A stretch of DNA of 63,869 bases, counting the filler, from Dimorphilus gyrociliatus (taxonomy: Eukaryota > Animalia > Annelida), in assembly GCA_904063045.1 (NCBI GenBank). It is 4 parts of 4 records of this genome, joined end to end, with 100 filler letters (N's around TTAATTAATTAA, not from the genome) between each part and the next. Parts side by side here need not be neighbours in the genome. Positions count along the whole stretch, not along the records: positions 1 to 28,287 come from CAJFCJ010000144.1; 3 more parts are not named here. One strand, 5' to 3'. This document shows, one piece after another, positions 11,401 to 23,560 of the stretch; the first letter of the stretch is position 1, and each line of letters starts with the position of its first letter. Under the pieces are notes generated by a model. That model did not search any database. It was not told the DNA's origin and was given only the letters and a program-made list of their open reading frames with translations. The position numbers and the translations under genes are program-made.

Positions 11401-14191
11401 AATTGGAATCCAGTCTTAACTGTCTTTAAACCTTGGTTTTGATTAATTCATACAATTTACTTTTCCCAGCCTGCAACAAAAATACACAATTGGATTGTGA
11501 TGATTATTGCATTCCAAATTTCTTAATTAACGATGGAAAAATAGATTGCTTTGATAAAGATGAGGAATATAATTCTAAAGAGAATTCCATTGAATGCTTC
11601 TATAGAGTGAGTTCAATGGGGATCTCAATAACTAACTTGTATAAAAGAAGAGCAAATTGTTTAACATTAAATTGTAATGTTGGTGAATATTTATGCCATG
11701 CAAAAGACTTTTGTATATCAATTGAACAAGTTTGTGATGGAGTTAGTCAGTGTTACCTTGGAGATGACGAAACAGATTGTGGTAGAAAATGAACACAATA
11801 TTTTAAAGAACCAGTCTAAAATTATTTATATGATTAATTAATATTTTCCAGGTAATTTCATCCCAAAAGGATATTTTAAATGTTGGAATACATCTGTTTA
11901 TACAAAAATTGAAAATCTTTGTAATGGAGAAATCAACTGTTTAGATGGAAGTGATGAATTAAATTGCCAAGCAGCAAATCATACTGAAAGAGATTATAAT
12001 AGAAATTGCAAAAAACTTGGATATTTTCAATTAGAATGCAATTTTATAAATAATCAAACAGTTGGAGACAAATTCTCAATTGAATATATAACTGAAATAA
12101 AAATATATGGCAATGTTCAAATATTTATTCAAAAAGTTTCAAATACTTTAATCTATTTACACATTGAGAATGGCTTACATTTAAATACTTTAACAACAAA
12201 GCTCTATCCAAATTTGGTTTATTTATACATAAAAAACACAAAATTTAATGTGTATGCTTTTTTTCTATCAAATTTGAATTTATTACAAAATTTAACAGTA
12301 ACAAATACAAACATAAACTCTATATCGTTTCTAAAACAATTAAATAGTACAAACTTAAGATATTTGGACCTTTCTTCAACAAAACTCTTAACGTTGTCTG
12401 CTAACATTTTCAAAAATTTAACTTTTCTAAGAGCATTAATACTTGATAATAATCCTATAAAAAGGATAGAAAAAGGTGTATTTAAATTTTCAAAAAGGTT
12501 AAAATATCTATCAATGAAGAATATTGTTTTTAGCATGGAGAATTTTACTCAAATGATCAATAGTTTAAATACTGTTCACAAAATGTATTTTGATTTTTTT
12601 AAATATTGTTGTTATGTATGGAAAAAGTTGAGTTCTGATGTAATATGTAAATTTCAATTTCAAACATTACTTCACTGTGAAAATATTTTGAATTTAAATA
12701 TTGTTGTTTATATATTTTGGCTGTTTGGTATTTCTGGCGTTTTTGTTAGTTTCTGTTCAATTTATATATTTTCAATGTCAGAAATGTCATTTAAATATCA
12801 CAATATGTTATTAAGTATTGCATCATTGTCAATTTCTATATATGTTCTATCAATTCCTTGTGTTAATCATTATTTTGAAGGAATGTTTATAGAATCAGAG
12901 TACTTTTGGAAGAATAGCTATTTTTGCCATTTTCTTGGCATACTAGTTACATTATCTTTTTATGTTTCTTCTTTGGCTTTACTTTTTATAACAATTGAGA
13001 GATATGCAACAATTTGTAGTATGAATAGACAGACATTTCTCAAGAGTAATATTAAACTCATTGCCTGTATGATCTTCTGTTCTTCCTTATTATTGTCAAG
13101 TATCTCTTTTATCCTTCAAAGGGTATATAATCTATGGCACAAAATTATTCATCTATAGATTTGTCCCTCTTTCCAGACAAACCCGCATAGATCACCTATA
13201 TGTATTGACATTGCAACTGCATATGCTGATAAGAACATCAAGATATTCTTTGTTTTTTCCTATTGTATTTTTAATCCAATAATAACATTATTAAATGCAA
13301 TGTTTTATTTAAAAATTATATTTTATGTAAAACGTTCATCAAGAGAAACTGGTAGTGGTGCTAACATTTCTGTCAAATCATTTAAATTATATTCAAAAGT
13401 CTGTATAATTGTTCTTGTTGATATTTTTAGTTCATTTCCATTGGCAGTTGCAGGTTTGACTTTCAAAAATATTGGTGTTTTTTCAATACTATGTAATAGA
13501 ATCTCTTTGTCATTCTACAGGCTTTCTTTTCTTATTTGATGAATTTGATGGTAGAAATGATACAGATAAATTAATCCCAATATTTATATATTCCAAAATA
13601 TTGCTCAACCTATTCATCTTTTTAATTGATGAAATTTTCATGATAATTCAAAGGAGAAAAGATAAAATTCTGAATGAAAGGCTGAAGCTGAAGAGAAATG
13701 TTGGTGAACTTTGGTGTACAAAATGTAAATGCAATAAACATTCTTTCTTTATAACATTTTGAAGTTTTATGTCTTTTCATTGAAAAGTATTAGAGATTGT
13801 AAAATATGCTGAAAAGCACTTCTTAATAATATCTTGTGAAGAAAAAATTTTAAAAAATGATAAACAATCGTTCTTTTGTGAAGACTTTTATAATAATTTC
13901 AAATATTTACACTGCTGTTTAAAACTGACATTGGCTTTAAAATATTTACATGATCAAGAATTATCAATAAAAAATTCTTTTAATTTAGATTCAATACATT
14001 ATGAGGTAGAAATATTTATTGATCTGGATAAGGTGTTATTTATTTCTTTCCCCTTCTAGAAAAAATATAATAGATACTTCCTCTGTGTAAGTGATCTTTG
14101 TTTAAAAACATCAAAAAGTGAACAAAATGACATTTCCAATTTTGGTATTGTTATAAGGAAAATTCTTCAAAAAAGAAAGCAATTTATCTGA
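5408..14191 (+). CDS. Receptor A: LGR type C2/GRL101-like GPCR (signal peptide, SRCR-like repeats, CTLD-like, 6 LDLa, LRR, 7TM, pseudokinase-like tail). Multi-exon, with a frameshift in the tail
   Basis: Signal peptide MLFILVLLFCYLNRA. SRCR-like AEGYLKI..MCGIMGY and IICKYFGFNYG..LICKNESLPHC. CTLD-like CPTKSALLIYDVCYYTF..EFCAKK (~8870). LDLa motifs at 9720-9895, 11275-11360, 11470-11780 and 11852-11970. LRRs 12214-12560, hinge CCYVW..C..HCENIL, TM3 ITIERY. Introns 13123-13176 and 14006-14059 fit the reading frame. Not every internal exon boundary was resolved. Confidence 0.88.
10512..11201. mobile_element. Non-autonomous Tc1/mariner-like TIR element (MITE) in an intron of receptor A
   Basis: About 125-bp imperfect inverted repeats (10512-10645 vs 11068-11201; core atttttggccac...aacatattcaactaa). 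Termini CA(t/g)TG. TA on the left flank, GA on the right. Confidence 0.8.
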
Positions 14192-15329
14192 AAAAAAATT
14201 TTTAAGTATAGTAATAAATTGATTCTCGTGTGAAGAAAACAATTCAAGAAAGACTAAATAAAAGAAAAACTGGTATGAAAAATTTGAATTTTTGTTAACT
14301 TTTTTTGTTGTATACAATTTAATATAAAAAAGAACAAATAGTTATGTTAGTTACAATTTCAACTGAAATCAATGAGATATTTTGCGGAGTATCTTCGCCA
14401 GTAGTCTCTCCATCTTCCCCAAAAATGTCTTTTATATTGGTGTGGAGAATAGTCAATAACAATACATAAGGATTTTACCCTAACCTCATTTTCATTTGAA
14501 ACCAAAACCAATTCAAATTGAATCTAATGATATATCTACAATAGCCATTAAGATTGTTCAAGGTCACACAATAGCTAATACTCTTTCCAATAGTATCAAG
14601 TCCATAACATATTCAAAATTGCTTAATCACTCAATTTGTAAAATAATTTTGAAAAAATTAAACATATTATTTCAGTAAATTTATAAATGTAGATATCAAA
14701 ATTGCAACTTTGTTAAATTCAGGATATAAGTCAGTTTCTGAAAACATCACCAAAAAAGTTATTGATAGAATTTGGGTTACTATATACCATGGTAGAGGTC
14801 ATAAAAGTTTATCAGGACAGTAGATAGTTCGTAGTAGCAGTAAAACTCATCCACAATAATATTAACCTTTAGAATGAATTGAGTTTGAACTATTGCCAAT
14901 GTAAAAATGTCATGAAGTAGTTACAAATATGGGTTATGGTTCAAACAAAAGTTTTAATTGTGGTGTGATAGGATCAGTCTTTGATAGGTGTGCCATAAAA
15001 ATTTTGACCAAATAGCATTGAGTGATTTAAACATTATATTCTTTTTATTTTTATCTGGGATAGTTCAAAACAAATCATTGGCATTAAGGTTAAGGTTGAC
15101 TAGGATGAAAAAAGCTTTGGTGCAAGGTTTTACTTTCAATAACACAGTATGAAATATTTGTTCATTTTGAATATTTCATTACAAAACTACTGATACAAGA
15201 AACTATGATTCAAGATTAACGAGCAAAAATAAACTTTCACATTAATATTTTATTGGAATCTGTAAAAAAGATAAATTTTTTACAACCTTGTCACTCAATG
15301 CTAGCAAAGTTTTAGCATTAGCATTTACT

Positions 15330-16200
15330 GCTAAGATGGAACATTTTTGCTATCCGTGAAGGACTTCGGCATCAGCAAACACTCTCAAGGGTCTCGAATT
15401 ATATGAATGTGATTTGAATGAAGATCAATGCAAAAAGTTAATAAATTTGCTAAACAATTGTTCTGATATACAAACATTAGATTTAGCATTTCATAGAAAG
15501 ATGGGAAATTGATTTTTTGGTATATGTGAAGGACTTTAAAAATCAGCAAACTCTTTGAACTTAGTTTCCTGTTTTGTGCTTTGAATGAAAAGCAAGGTAA
15601 AAAATTAAGTATCTTTATTTTTTAATTTGTTTAAAAGTAAAAAGAATAGATTTAGGTGGAAATCCTGATGTGCTCTTTCAACTTTTTAATATCTTTGACT
15701 GGAATGCTGACGGAACACTTTAAAGAGTCCTGATGTGATTTAGGAGGCAATGTTAATGTGGAAGATGGATATTTTGACATCTTTACAGAACTTCACCAGT
15801 TTAAGAAATTAAGAAATCTTAATTTGAGTAACTATGGCTTGAATGAAGAACAAAGTAAATAATTAGGAGATATCCTCATAAATTGCTTTAAAATAGAAGA
15901 AATAGATTCAAGTGAGTTGCAGGACATGGATTGTGGATTTGTTGATATTTTTGAATGTCTTCAAAATTCATCCGAAATTGTAATGAATATGAATTCTGAT
16001 GACCTCCATTTAAATACTAACCAATGTGAATATTTGGCAAAATTGCTTTAAAACTGTTGTAAAATAGAAACATTTACTTTTGCATTGAATATTTTAATGG
16101 AGGATGGGCTTTATGATACTTGTATAGGGCTTCAGAGTCATCAAAGTCCTCAAAGAAAGCTCATTTCAATTATTTGTCATTTAAATAAAAATGAAATATA
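15330..16200 (+). pseudogene. Decayed RI-like LRR pseudogene
   Basis: SANTLKGLELYECDLNEDQCKKL..IQTLDLAFHRKMGN*FFGICEGL*KSANSL and LGDILINCFKIEEID..LAKLL*NCCKIE. Same repeat family as 1-1682, with multiple stops and frameshifts. Confidence 0.85.
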
Positions 16201-16466
16201 CAATACTACTAACAGCATACAATAATCAGACATGCTTCCTCCCTATATGCTTATAATAAACTTATATGCCAAAACAAATAACAATAGTTATTAAAGTATT
16301 GTACTGCTCTTGTCTATCCAATTGATGTGTTTGTAACTTAAAACAGTACTGGTTCTACTCTAACCTTTAAACAAAGTGTTTAAATTGAGGTGCTTTATTC
16401 AAAATACAATACTTGAGCAAGTAACAATATGAAAGTTCAGTAGCAGAGTAGATAGTAGGTAATACT

Positions 16467-16628
16467 AGGTTGCCAACCTACCGAACTGGTACCCAATGTT
16501 GAACAAGTAGAAACGTCCTAATAGCTGTTGGTTCCAGTTCATCCTCCCACGTTGAGCTTAGATAGATCGAGTGAAATGGCGAGGATTTATATAGACTTGA
16601 ATACTTTTCTTTACTATCCAATCACCAG
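16467..16628 (-). repeat. LTR/promoter-like dispersed repeat, copy 2
   Basis: Homologous to 1741-1900. The minus strand has TATATAAA, and downstream AATAAA...TTTAAACA (to ~16377) resembles an LTR end. Confidence 0.6.
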
Positions 16629-17059
16629 TGGAAAAAAGTACACTATGATCCAATGTTAAAAGCTATCTAATGTCTACCTATTTATCAACCACAATTAAAA
16701 CTTGGGTGAAATATATTTATTTTCGAATAGAAAGAAGACATAAATAAAAAAGATAGCAATTTGAATACTGAAAAACGACATATAAGAAGAATAAGACAAG
16801 TCGTAAAATGCTTGTTTTCATTTGAATATGAACTTAAAGCCTTTCTTTTTCACTTCTACTATTTAAAAATTGTAGATTAATCAAGTTAATTCCATTTTGA
16901 ATTTTTGAACAAGTTTCAAAAGATTTATCGATTGTAGCGTAATATTCTTTTGATTGGCAAGTATTTGTGCTTAGTATAGAAAGTTTTTGCCCTTCTGGAA
17001 GAGAGAAATTTTAAATATTATCCTTACTTCACTATTTATAGAGGATTGAAAAGACAATG

Positions 17060-18647
17060 TCAACAACCAATATCTATAATTTGAAAATTATTGATCATAT
17101 TCGCTTCATTATTTTTCAACAAAATTTCAATTAAATTTAATGCTTTGATTGTTTTTGCAGTGGCCAAAACATTTAAACCATATGCCTTTCCAGATCCAAA
17201 TCTAATTTGGCCATTTAAAATATCTATCCAATATTCATTCCATATTTCACAACTAATTAGTTTCTTTTTGAAATTGAACCTATTGACAACCAAACTAGGC
17301 TGAAATACATCAATAATAAGGTTGTTATCAGTGTTATTTTCTCTTACATCCATCTTTATAGAAAATTGTACAGAGTCAGTATTTTGAAAACTGATTAGAA
17401 ATGATGTATTGCATTCAGATTGGTTATTAATTTCGCCTAGAATTTTGAATTTTAGACTATAAAATCTTTTTGAATTGTTTTTGGTACATAATAGGCAACA
17501 TGATTTTCTGATTGAACAGAATAAACTCTACCAACAATTCCTTTAAAAGAAATTCAAATAGAATGACAAAACAGTAGGATTATAACAAATCTGTGCCTAC
17601 TTTTTGAAAATATACGGACAACTCTTAATCCAAGATTATTTCCAGAATGAATATCTTTAATCTTCAAAGTTAACCCAGACTCAATATTTAGATCATTTGT
17701 AGAATTTAAACAACGTATGTATCCATCACTTTCTAAATTTATTAATTGAGTATAACCAGAATTCCATACAACTTCAAGTGTTTTTATATAAGTGTTACCA
17801 AGCCTGAAAAATTGTTAGGAAAGGGGAGTATGAATAAAATAATGAGTATATTACCTATTTGCTGTACAAAGAATTTTTGGTTGTGCAGCCATTGTAAAAT
17901 TTATTGTCATGTATTCACCTACACATAATGCACCTGTAGAACAACTCGCTTGCCAACTTGGAAAATATGTCCAGTCAATTGCATCAGAACGAGTCATACC
18001 AGCACGTGATGATGAATGAGTACAAGTTGCTCCTGATTCCAATTGAGCAATGTTGATATAGTCTTCATAATTCGTTATTGAATTTCCTATTTCTATATCG
18101 AAAAATATATGTGAATATTGAAAAACCAATAGAGTTTATGACATCAAAGCAAAGACTTTTAATACTAATCACATCCAAAAGAAATAAAAAAAAACTAACC
18201 CTTCTTCATCATATGCGAAGCCAGTTTTTCTAAACCTGTATTTTGTCCTGGAGTTTTTACCTTTTCAACATTTATTCTTAAACTTGTAGAATTTAAACCA
18301 AAATCTTTTTCCAATAAAAATCAGGTAAGGATATCATTTAATGCAATAACTGTTTTCTTGGCATTCATTTCTATTCCAATTTTATCTATTCTTTTAGAAA
18401 TTTCATGAATTATCTGATAAACACAGAACTCTATTACATTATATTGTTTTCTAAAAGTAATGCTATGCCATTCTTTTGAACAGTAAGAGTCTGAACATGG
18501 GGTAATCCAACCATAATAATTTATCCATAAAGGTTCTAATGCATTTTCACACTTATAGGTATAATACTCTAAATTTGATTTGAAGCCTGATGCATGACAA
18601 GTTGCCCCATTTTCTCTACTGGCTACATCCATAAGATTTTCTCCATC
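17060..18647 (-). pseudogene. Two discoidin/galactose-binding-like domains plus a FAMeT (Methyltransf_FA)-like domain; disabled or mis-assembled
   Basis: DVASRENGATC..CENAL..W..C..EWHSITF and NIAQLESGATC..AIDW..W..C..VGEYMTINF..NNLGLRVVRIF are F5/8C-like. LISCEIWNEYWIDILNGQIRFGSG is FAMeT-like. In-frame TGA at 18321-18323 and an apparent frameshift near 17470. 5' exon not found. Confidence 0.6.
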
Positions 18648-20259
18648 TGTGTTAAGAAATTTTTACATTATCACAAAATAAAAAAAATATTGTTTGAAAT
18701 TTTTACTTAAAACATCAACAGATTTTTTATGATTTTGGAAATTATAAAAAATATTAATGTATATTTGCAAAACATATTTTCAAAAGTTTTTTGTGAATGT
18801 TCAATTTTTGAACAGAATTTTCTTTTTATTAAAGAATATTTATTGAATTTTTAAGCTAATGCTTAAATGTTAGACATTTCAAAAGTTAATGCTAATTATT
18901 TTCATCTGAGATAAATCAATGCTCACTTATGAAGAAAATTTGTGAAAAAGCTCTTAAAACCATATTCTCTTCAAAACCATATTATAAAATTGATCTACAT
19001 ATTGATTGGTGTGTATTTTAATTTTACATGATAAAAAGAAATAAAAGATTTTTGAACAATGTGTCTGCAACTTGCTTTGGCCAACCAAGGGCAGTTCAGT
19101 ATGATCGGTTTTTTGAATTTCTTTCAATATTACACAAATATAATTCTTTTTCCATATACATTTACACAAAAAAAACAAACTTGGACCGAACAAACAATTT
19201 TCGGCATTAATTTAAAATTGGTGTATCAAAATTTGTGGTGTCCATATTTTTCAGACCAATACTTTTCACTTTCGAGTTTAAGGATTCTTTCTGAACTTTC
19301 ATTTCATTTTGTAGACTGTAACAACCATCTCCAAAAAATCCTTCCCTTGACAAACAGTTTTCTTTTGAGGAGTTGTTGACACCAGTTCAATCTAACTTGA
19401 TAATAGAAAATACATGAATATTCATTTTATAATTATCCTACAATTTTTCCATAGCGTTTTCCTGTTTTTCTTTGTAAGTTTTAAATGCAAACGTTTGTTC
19501 ATGCTACATAAAAACTATCAAAAACATTTCTTTGACGATTCCAGCCAACAACAGCTTTTTGGAAGAGAAATTATCAGACTTTGTATAAGAGAAGGCTTTT
19601 TAATGACAATCTCAAAGGAAGACAAATTGCTTTGGGATATATCTTATATAGTAAAGGGAAGACAGCAGTTAACAGTTACTCAACAGGGAAGGTCTTTTTC
19701 TTTAGTCCTTAGTCACTTATCTCCTCAATGTAAACTTGGTAAACTGTTAATTTCCAAACTAACAGTTATATCAAAATAAAAACAAAACAAATATTTGTCA
19801 AGTTTCGTTATGTTTATTTTGTAAAAATAAAAATTTAAAATTCTTATAATTTGATTTCAAATTCCTAGATTCAAGGATTAATTTTCTTGATGAAAATGAT
19901 TTTTGTAATATTTTTGTTAAGGTGTCTCCAAAGGCAAAGATATCTTGCATATCAAGATTATCTGTAATTCTGTAGACTCTATCTATCAATAAGCACACTG
20001 TTTTTTTTCTTTCTCTAGATCCTTTCATGAGAGAAAATTGATGAAAAATTATTTGAGAGAAAGTCAATATCCCCAAATGAATCGCTTTATCATAAGCCAA
20101 TTTAGCTTTTTTTCTAGGTTTAAACATTTTTCATAACCTGTGCTAATCCTCTAAATACAAATAAAGTTAGCTGCTGTATTCATTAAAACCATTACTTCAA
20201 ATCCAAAATGTTGCCTTCTAATTAATCATTTAGGGACATTTTTTCTCAATCCTGAATAA

Positions 20260-20268
20260 TCACGTGAC
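20260..20268 (+). promoter_or_regulatory. Extended E-box TCACGTGAC upstream of the LRR gene
   Basis: Palindromic TCACGTGA 40-150 nt upstream of candidate starts (20302/20408) in an AT-rich background. Motif match only. Confidence 0.3.
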
Positions 20269-20339
20269 ATTGTATTGTTTTAAATGATATGTTTCCTTTG
20301 CATGACAAATGGAAATTATGACAAAAGAGAATTGTTGTT

Positions 20340-22050
20340 ATTATAGATTTTGATATAATCAAAATATTTTCAACATTAAATATAAATGGATTAGTTTTGA
20401 TAGAATAATGAGAGAAATAACAAATAAGAAAAGAATATTAACATTGGAGAATGTTCATGTATATGATTCAATTCTGCTATTTTTAAATGAAAATTGCTTT
20501 TTATCACTTAAAAGACTGGAATTAATTTATACAGATATTAATTTGTTACTTTTAATGAATTTACTCATTGAAAATGGGAAAAATGTAGAATTTTTATCAA
20601 TATTGTCAGAGGGCTTGAAAACTCTTGATTTTAAAGAAAATTTATTGAATACTATTGTAAAGTTTGTATTTTAAAAAGTTAAATATTTCTCAATAGAAAA
20701 TGTAATATGTGAAAGAAATGACAATATTGAAGTTATTAAAATATCTAGTAGGCAAAGAAGATTTGAACTTGAGTTAATCCCTTCTTATGAACAATACCAA
20801 TATGATATTGAAACATTAGTAAATCATAAAGTCAACACAACTTCAATTTTATCAAAGTCATTAATATTCAAAAAATATGAAGCAATTATCCTTGAACACA
20901 TTCTTTCAAAAGGAGATATTCATAGTTTCTCTTTAAAAACTCTACACTTGTCTTCAATAACTATGCAAAGTCTTTTGAATATACTTACAAATAGAAAATG
21001 TGAGTTATCTAAAATTCAAATTTCAAATGTAAAAAATTCTCTTAATGAAATAACATTTCAAAATTTACAAAATTCATTTCAAAATTTAAAAATCATTAAA
21101 TTTAATTCATGCAATTTAAATGGGAAAGGACTAAATAATGTTTGTTATTTAATATCTATTTGTGCTCATTTGATAGAAATTAATTTAAATGGAAATAGAA
21201 ACATGGATAATGATATTCTTAAAGAATTATTCTATGAACTCGAAAAGTCATGCCATAGTTTACAGTGTTTAAATATTGCTGATTGTAATTTGAATGCTCA
21301 GCAGGCAAGATGTGTTGGTGGAATGTTGCAAAAATGCTCCTCCATTTCTAACATTAACATTAGTGATAATGAAAATATGAAAGATGGTCTAGAAGATATT
21401 TGTAAAGGATTGGAAAATTCATCAAATGCATTGAAAATTCTAAATTGCAATCTAGTTCAAAAATATTTCAAATATTTTGGTGAAATTTTGTCAAAATGTT
21501 TGAAAATTGAAAAAATTGATATAAGTAAAAATGCTCATATTGGAGTTGATGGTATTCAAAATTTAATCAAATTACTTCCAAATTCAACTTTGAACAGTTT
21601 GGAGTGTGTAAATATTTCAGCTTGTAATCTAACAGAGACAGAGCTGTGTTCTATTAGTCAAATAATATCCAATTGTTCTAACATGAAAATAATTGATGTA
21701 GACCATAATCAAATAATTGGAAATGGTGTAAAATATATTTGTAGCAGTCTTTTAAACTCTTCCAACTCTCTAGAAGTTTTAAATATAAATAACTGTGATT
21801 TGAATGGAGAACAAACAGAATATACTGGATGTAAATTATTGAGGTATTGTCAATTAAAAGTATGCAATTTAAGTGGAAATAGAAACATGTCATATGGTAT
21901 AAATGCTTTTTTCAAACAATTAATAAGGTCATACAACAGACTAACAGATTTAGATTTAAGTTATTGTGATCTAAGTCCAAAGCAAGCAGAAGCTTTAGGT
22001 GATATGTTGAGATATGCTTCTAGTATTCAAAAAATTAATATCAGTGGTTG
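20340..22050 (+). CDS. RI-like LRR protein (no NACHT seen); 3' end interrupted by an insertion
   Basis: Exon ~20340-20656, intron, then an open exon from ~20697 with about 6 double LRR units (LIEINLNGNRNMDND..LQCLNIADCNL). Homology stops at IQKINISGC (~22050) and the ORF runs on into non-LRR, TG/CA-rich sequence. Confidence 0.8.
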
Positions 22051-22274
22051 TACACATACAATAGCTAGATGTATTGTATTCATAGATTTAGTACGTAGCA
22101 CAGTGCTGCATGCCTGTACATTGTACCACATTACCACGCACGTATGCACCGTTTTACTATGCACGTACATTCTGCATTGTTTTACTGTGTACGCGCATTG
22201 TGTACTCTTGTACCATGTACGCACATTGTGTACTGTGGTACCAGGCACACATACTATGCACTCAAATTGTTACA

Positions 22275-22506
22275 TGTAACAATTTACACTGATAAGCAAC
22301 TGATAGAGTGCTATGCAGTGATACTGCATACGCCCTATACACATTGCCTTTTAAAGCTAATTTCAACATAGTAGTTTGACTTGAGTGTTCAAGTTAATTA
22401 ATTAGTATCTGAATTGTGTAGATATACATTTACTTTAGAAAAGAGACAAACATACAACTGCCATATGTTTGCTGACCACTGGGCAACCTCTACTCAAATT
22501 GTTACA
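22275..22506. mobile_element. 232-bp solo-LTR/MITE-like element with 11-bp terminal inverted repeats
   Basis: Starts tgtaacaattt and ends aaattgttaca (22496-22506). The preceding DNA ends with the same actcaaattgttaca. No TSD identified. An adjacent LTR-like tract with gTATATAAAccc lies at ~22650. Confidence 0.5.
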
Positions 22507-23329
22507 TCTTATGCAACTCTCTAACCCCTCACATCTTATGGTGAAAAGTAACAAAATATGGATCTATATTCAGACATTATTCTTTGTCTTGTATGTTACA
22601 TTTCTTTATCCAAATGTGTTGTCTGTGAACTGTTGACTTGTTGGAAAAGTATATAAACCCCTCAAGTTCAACAGTAAGCAGCTCAGTTCTCTAAACGTTA
22701 GCTTGGTGTTCTAACTACATTTATAGAAAACTAGTAGCTCGGTTTTTACTCAATACATATTCCAAGGCAAAATATTCGTTATTTTGTTGATAAATTTCAT
22801 TTGTTCAGATTGTTTGTGGACGAATTCAAAGGTTCTACTTGGACCAGTACTTTGGTGAATTGGTAAATGATTGGAAAGGAGGAATATACGTGGGATGAGC
22901 CAGAAAAACCTACAATTGCAATCCTACAAAGTACACCCTCTTTTCTTTTACAGTATTTCCGATATTTGCAAATGTAAGTTCGGTATTTTCAGCTAATCGT
23001 GTGCCTCTTATATTACATTTAGACTCTCCATCAAGTGAAAACTGTTATATCTTTGAATAATGCTGGCTGGGCATCTCTGTTTTTTTTTGATATTTCTTAC
23101 ATTTCATATTAATTCTTGTACTGTCCTTTTACAAGAAAAGAATTACCATTGTGTACAAGTAATTCTTCAAATGAGTCTTCATCCATGGTTTCTATTCTAT
23201 GATCTGGATATGAAGCTTGATTGATTTCTGATACTTCTTTCCTGTAGTCTCTTTTGGATGAACAATTTTTAAAGCTATTTAAGATCCTCATTAACAGCCT
23301 TTATAATTCAAGATACAGTAAAGTATAGA

Positions 23330-23560
23330 TGTCTGGAGATTCACCCAAATTTTTGGACAGTGGATTGGGTAGGATGTTTTCACTTTTTACCTCGAGTAGA
23401 TTTTTAACAGCTACGAAGTCATCAACTTGTACAATCATCATAGAAAACCCTCCAAACTTCAAACACCCTATCTGAGGTTATTAGTCCCCAAACCATTACT
23501 CCACCCCTCGCCATATTTTTTATCAGTCTTAAGTCCATCAAAATTTACGGTGTCAAGATT
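23330..23560 (-). mobile_element. Tc1/mariner transposase relic
   Basis: Fragments NFDG, RGGVMVWGLITS and SPDI in shifting frames, resembling FNLDG..GGSVMVWG..SPDLNPIE. Confidence 0.45.

Noticed and set aside
14250-15100. Possible minus-strand exons
   Set aside because: Stops occur in all frames and no domain was recognisable, so no call is supported.
18900-20340. NACHT domain upstream of the 20340 LRR gene (full NLR)
   Set aside because: No Walker A/B or winged-helix motif was recognised; the region is left unassigned.
22050-22371. His/Cys/Thr-rich C-terminal extension of ORF 20948-22279 and overlapping small ORFs
   Set aside because: It derives from an inserted TG/CA-rich repeat, not from LRR coding sequence.
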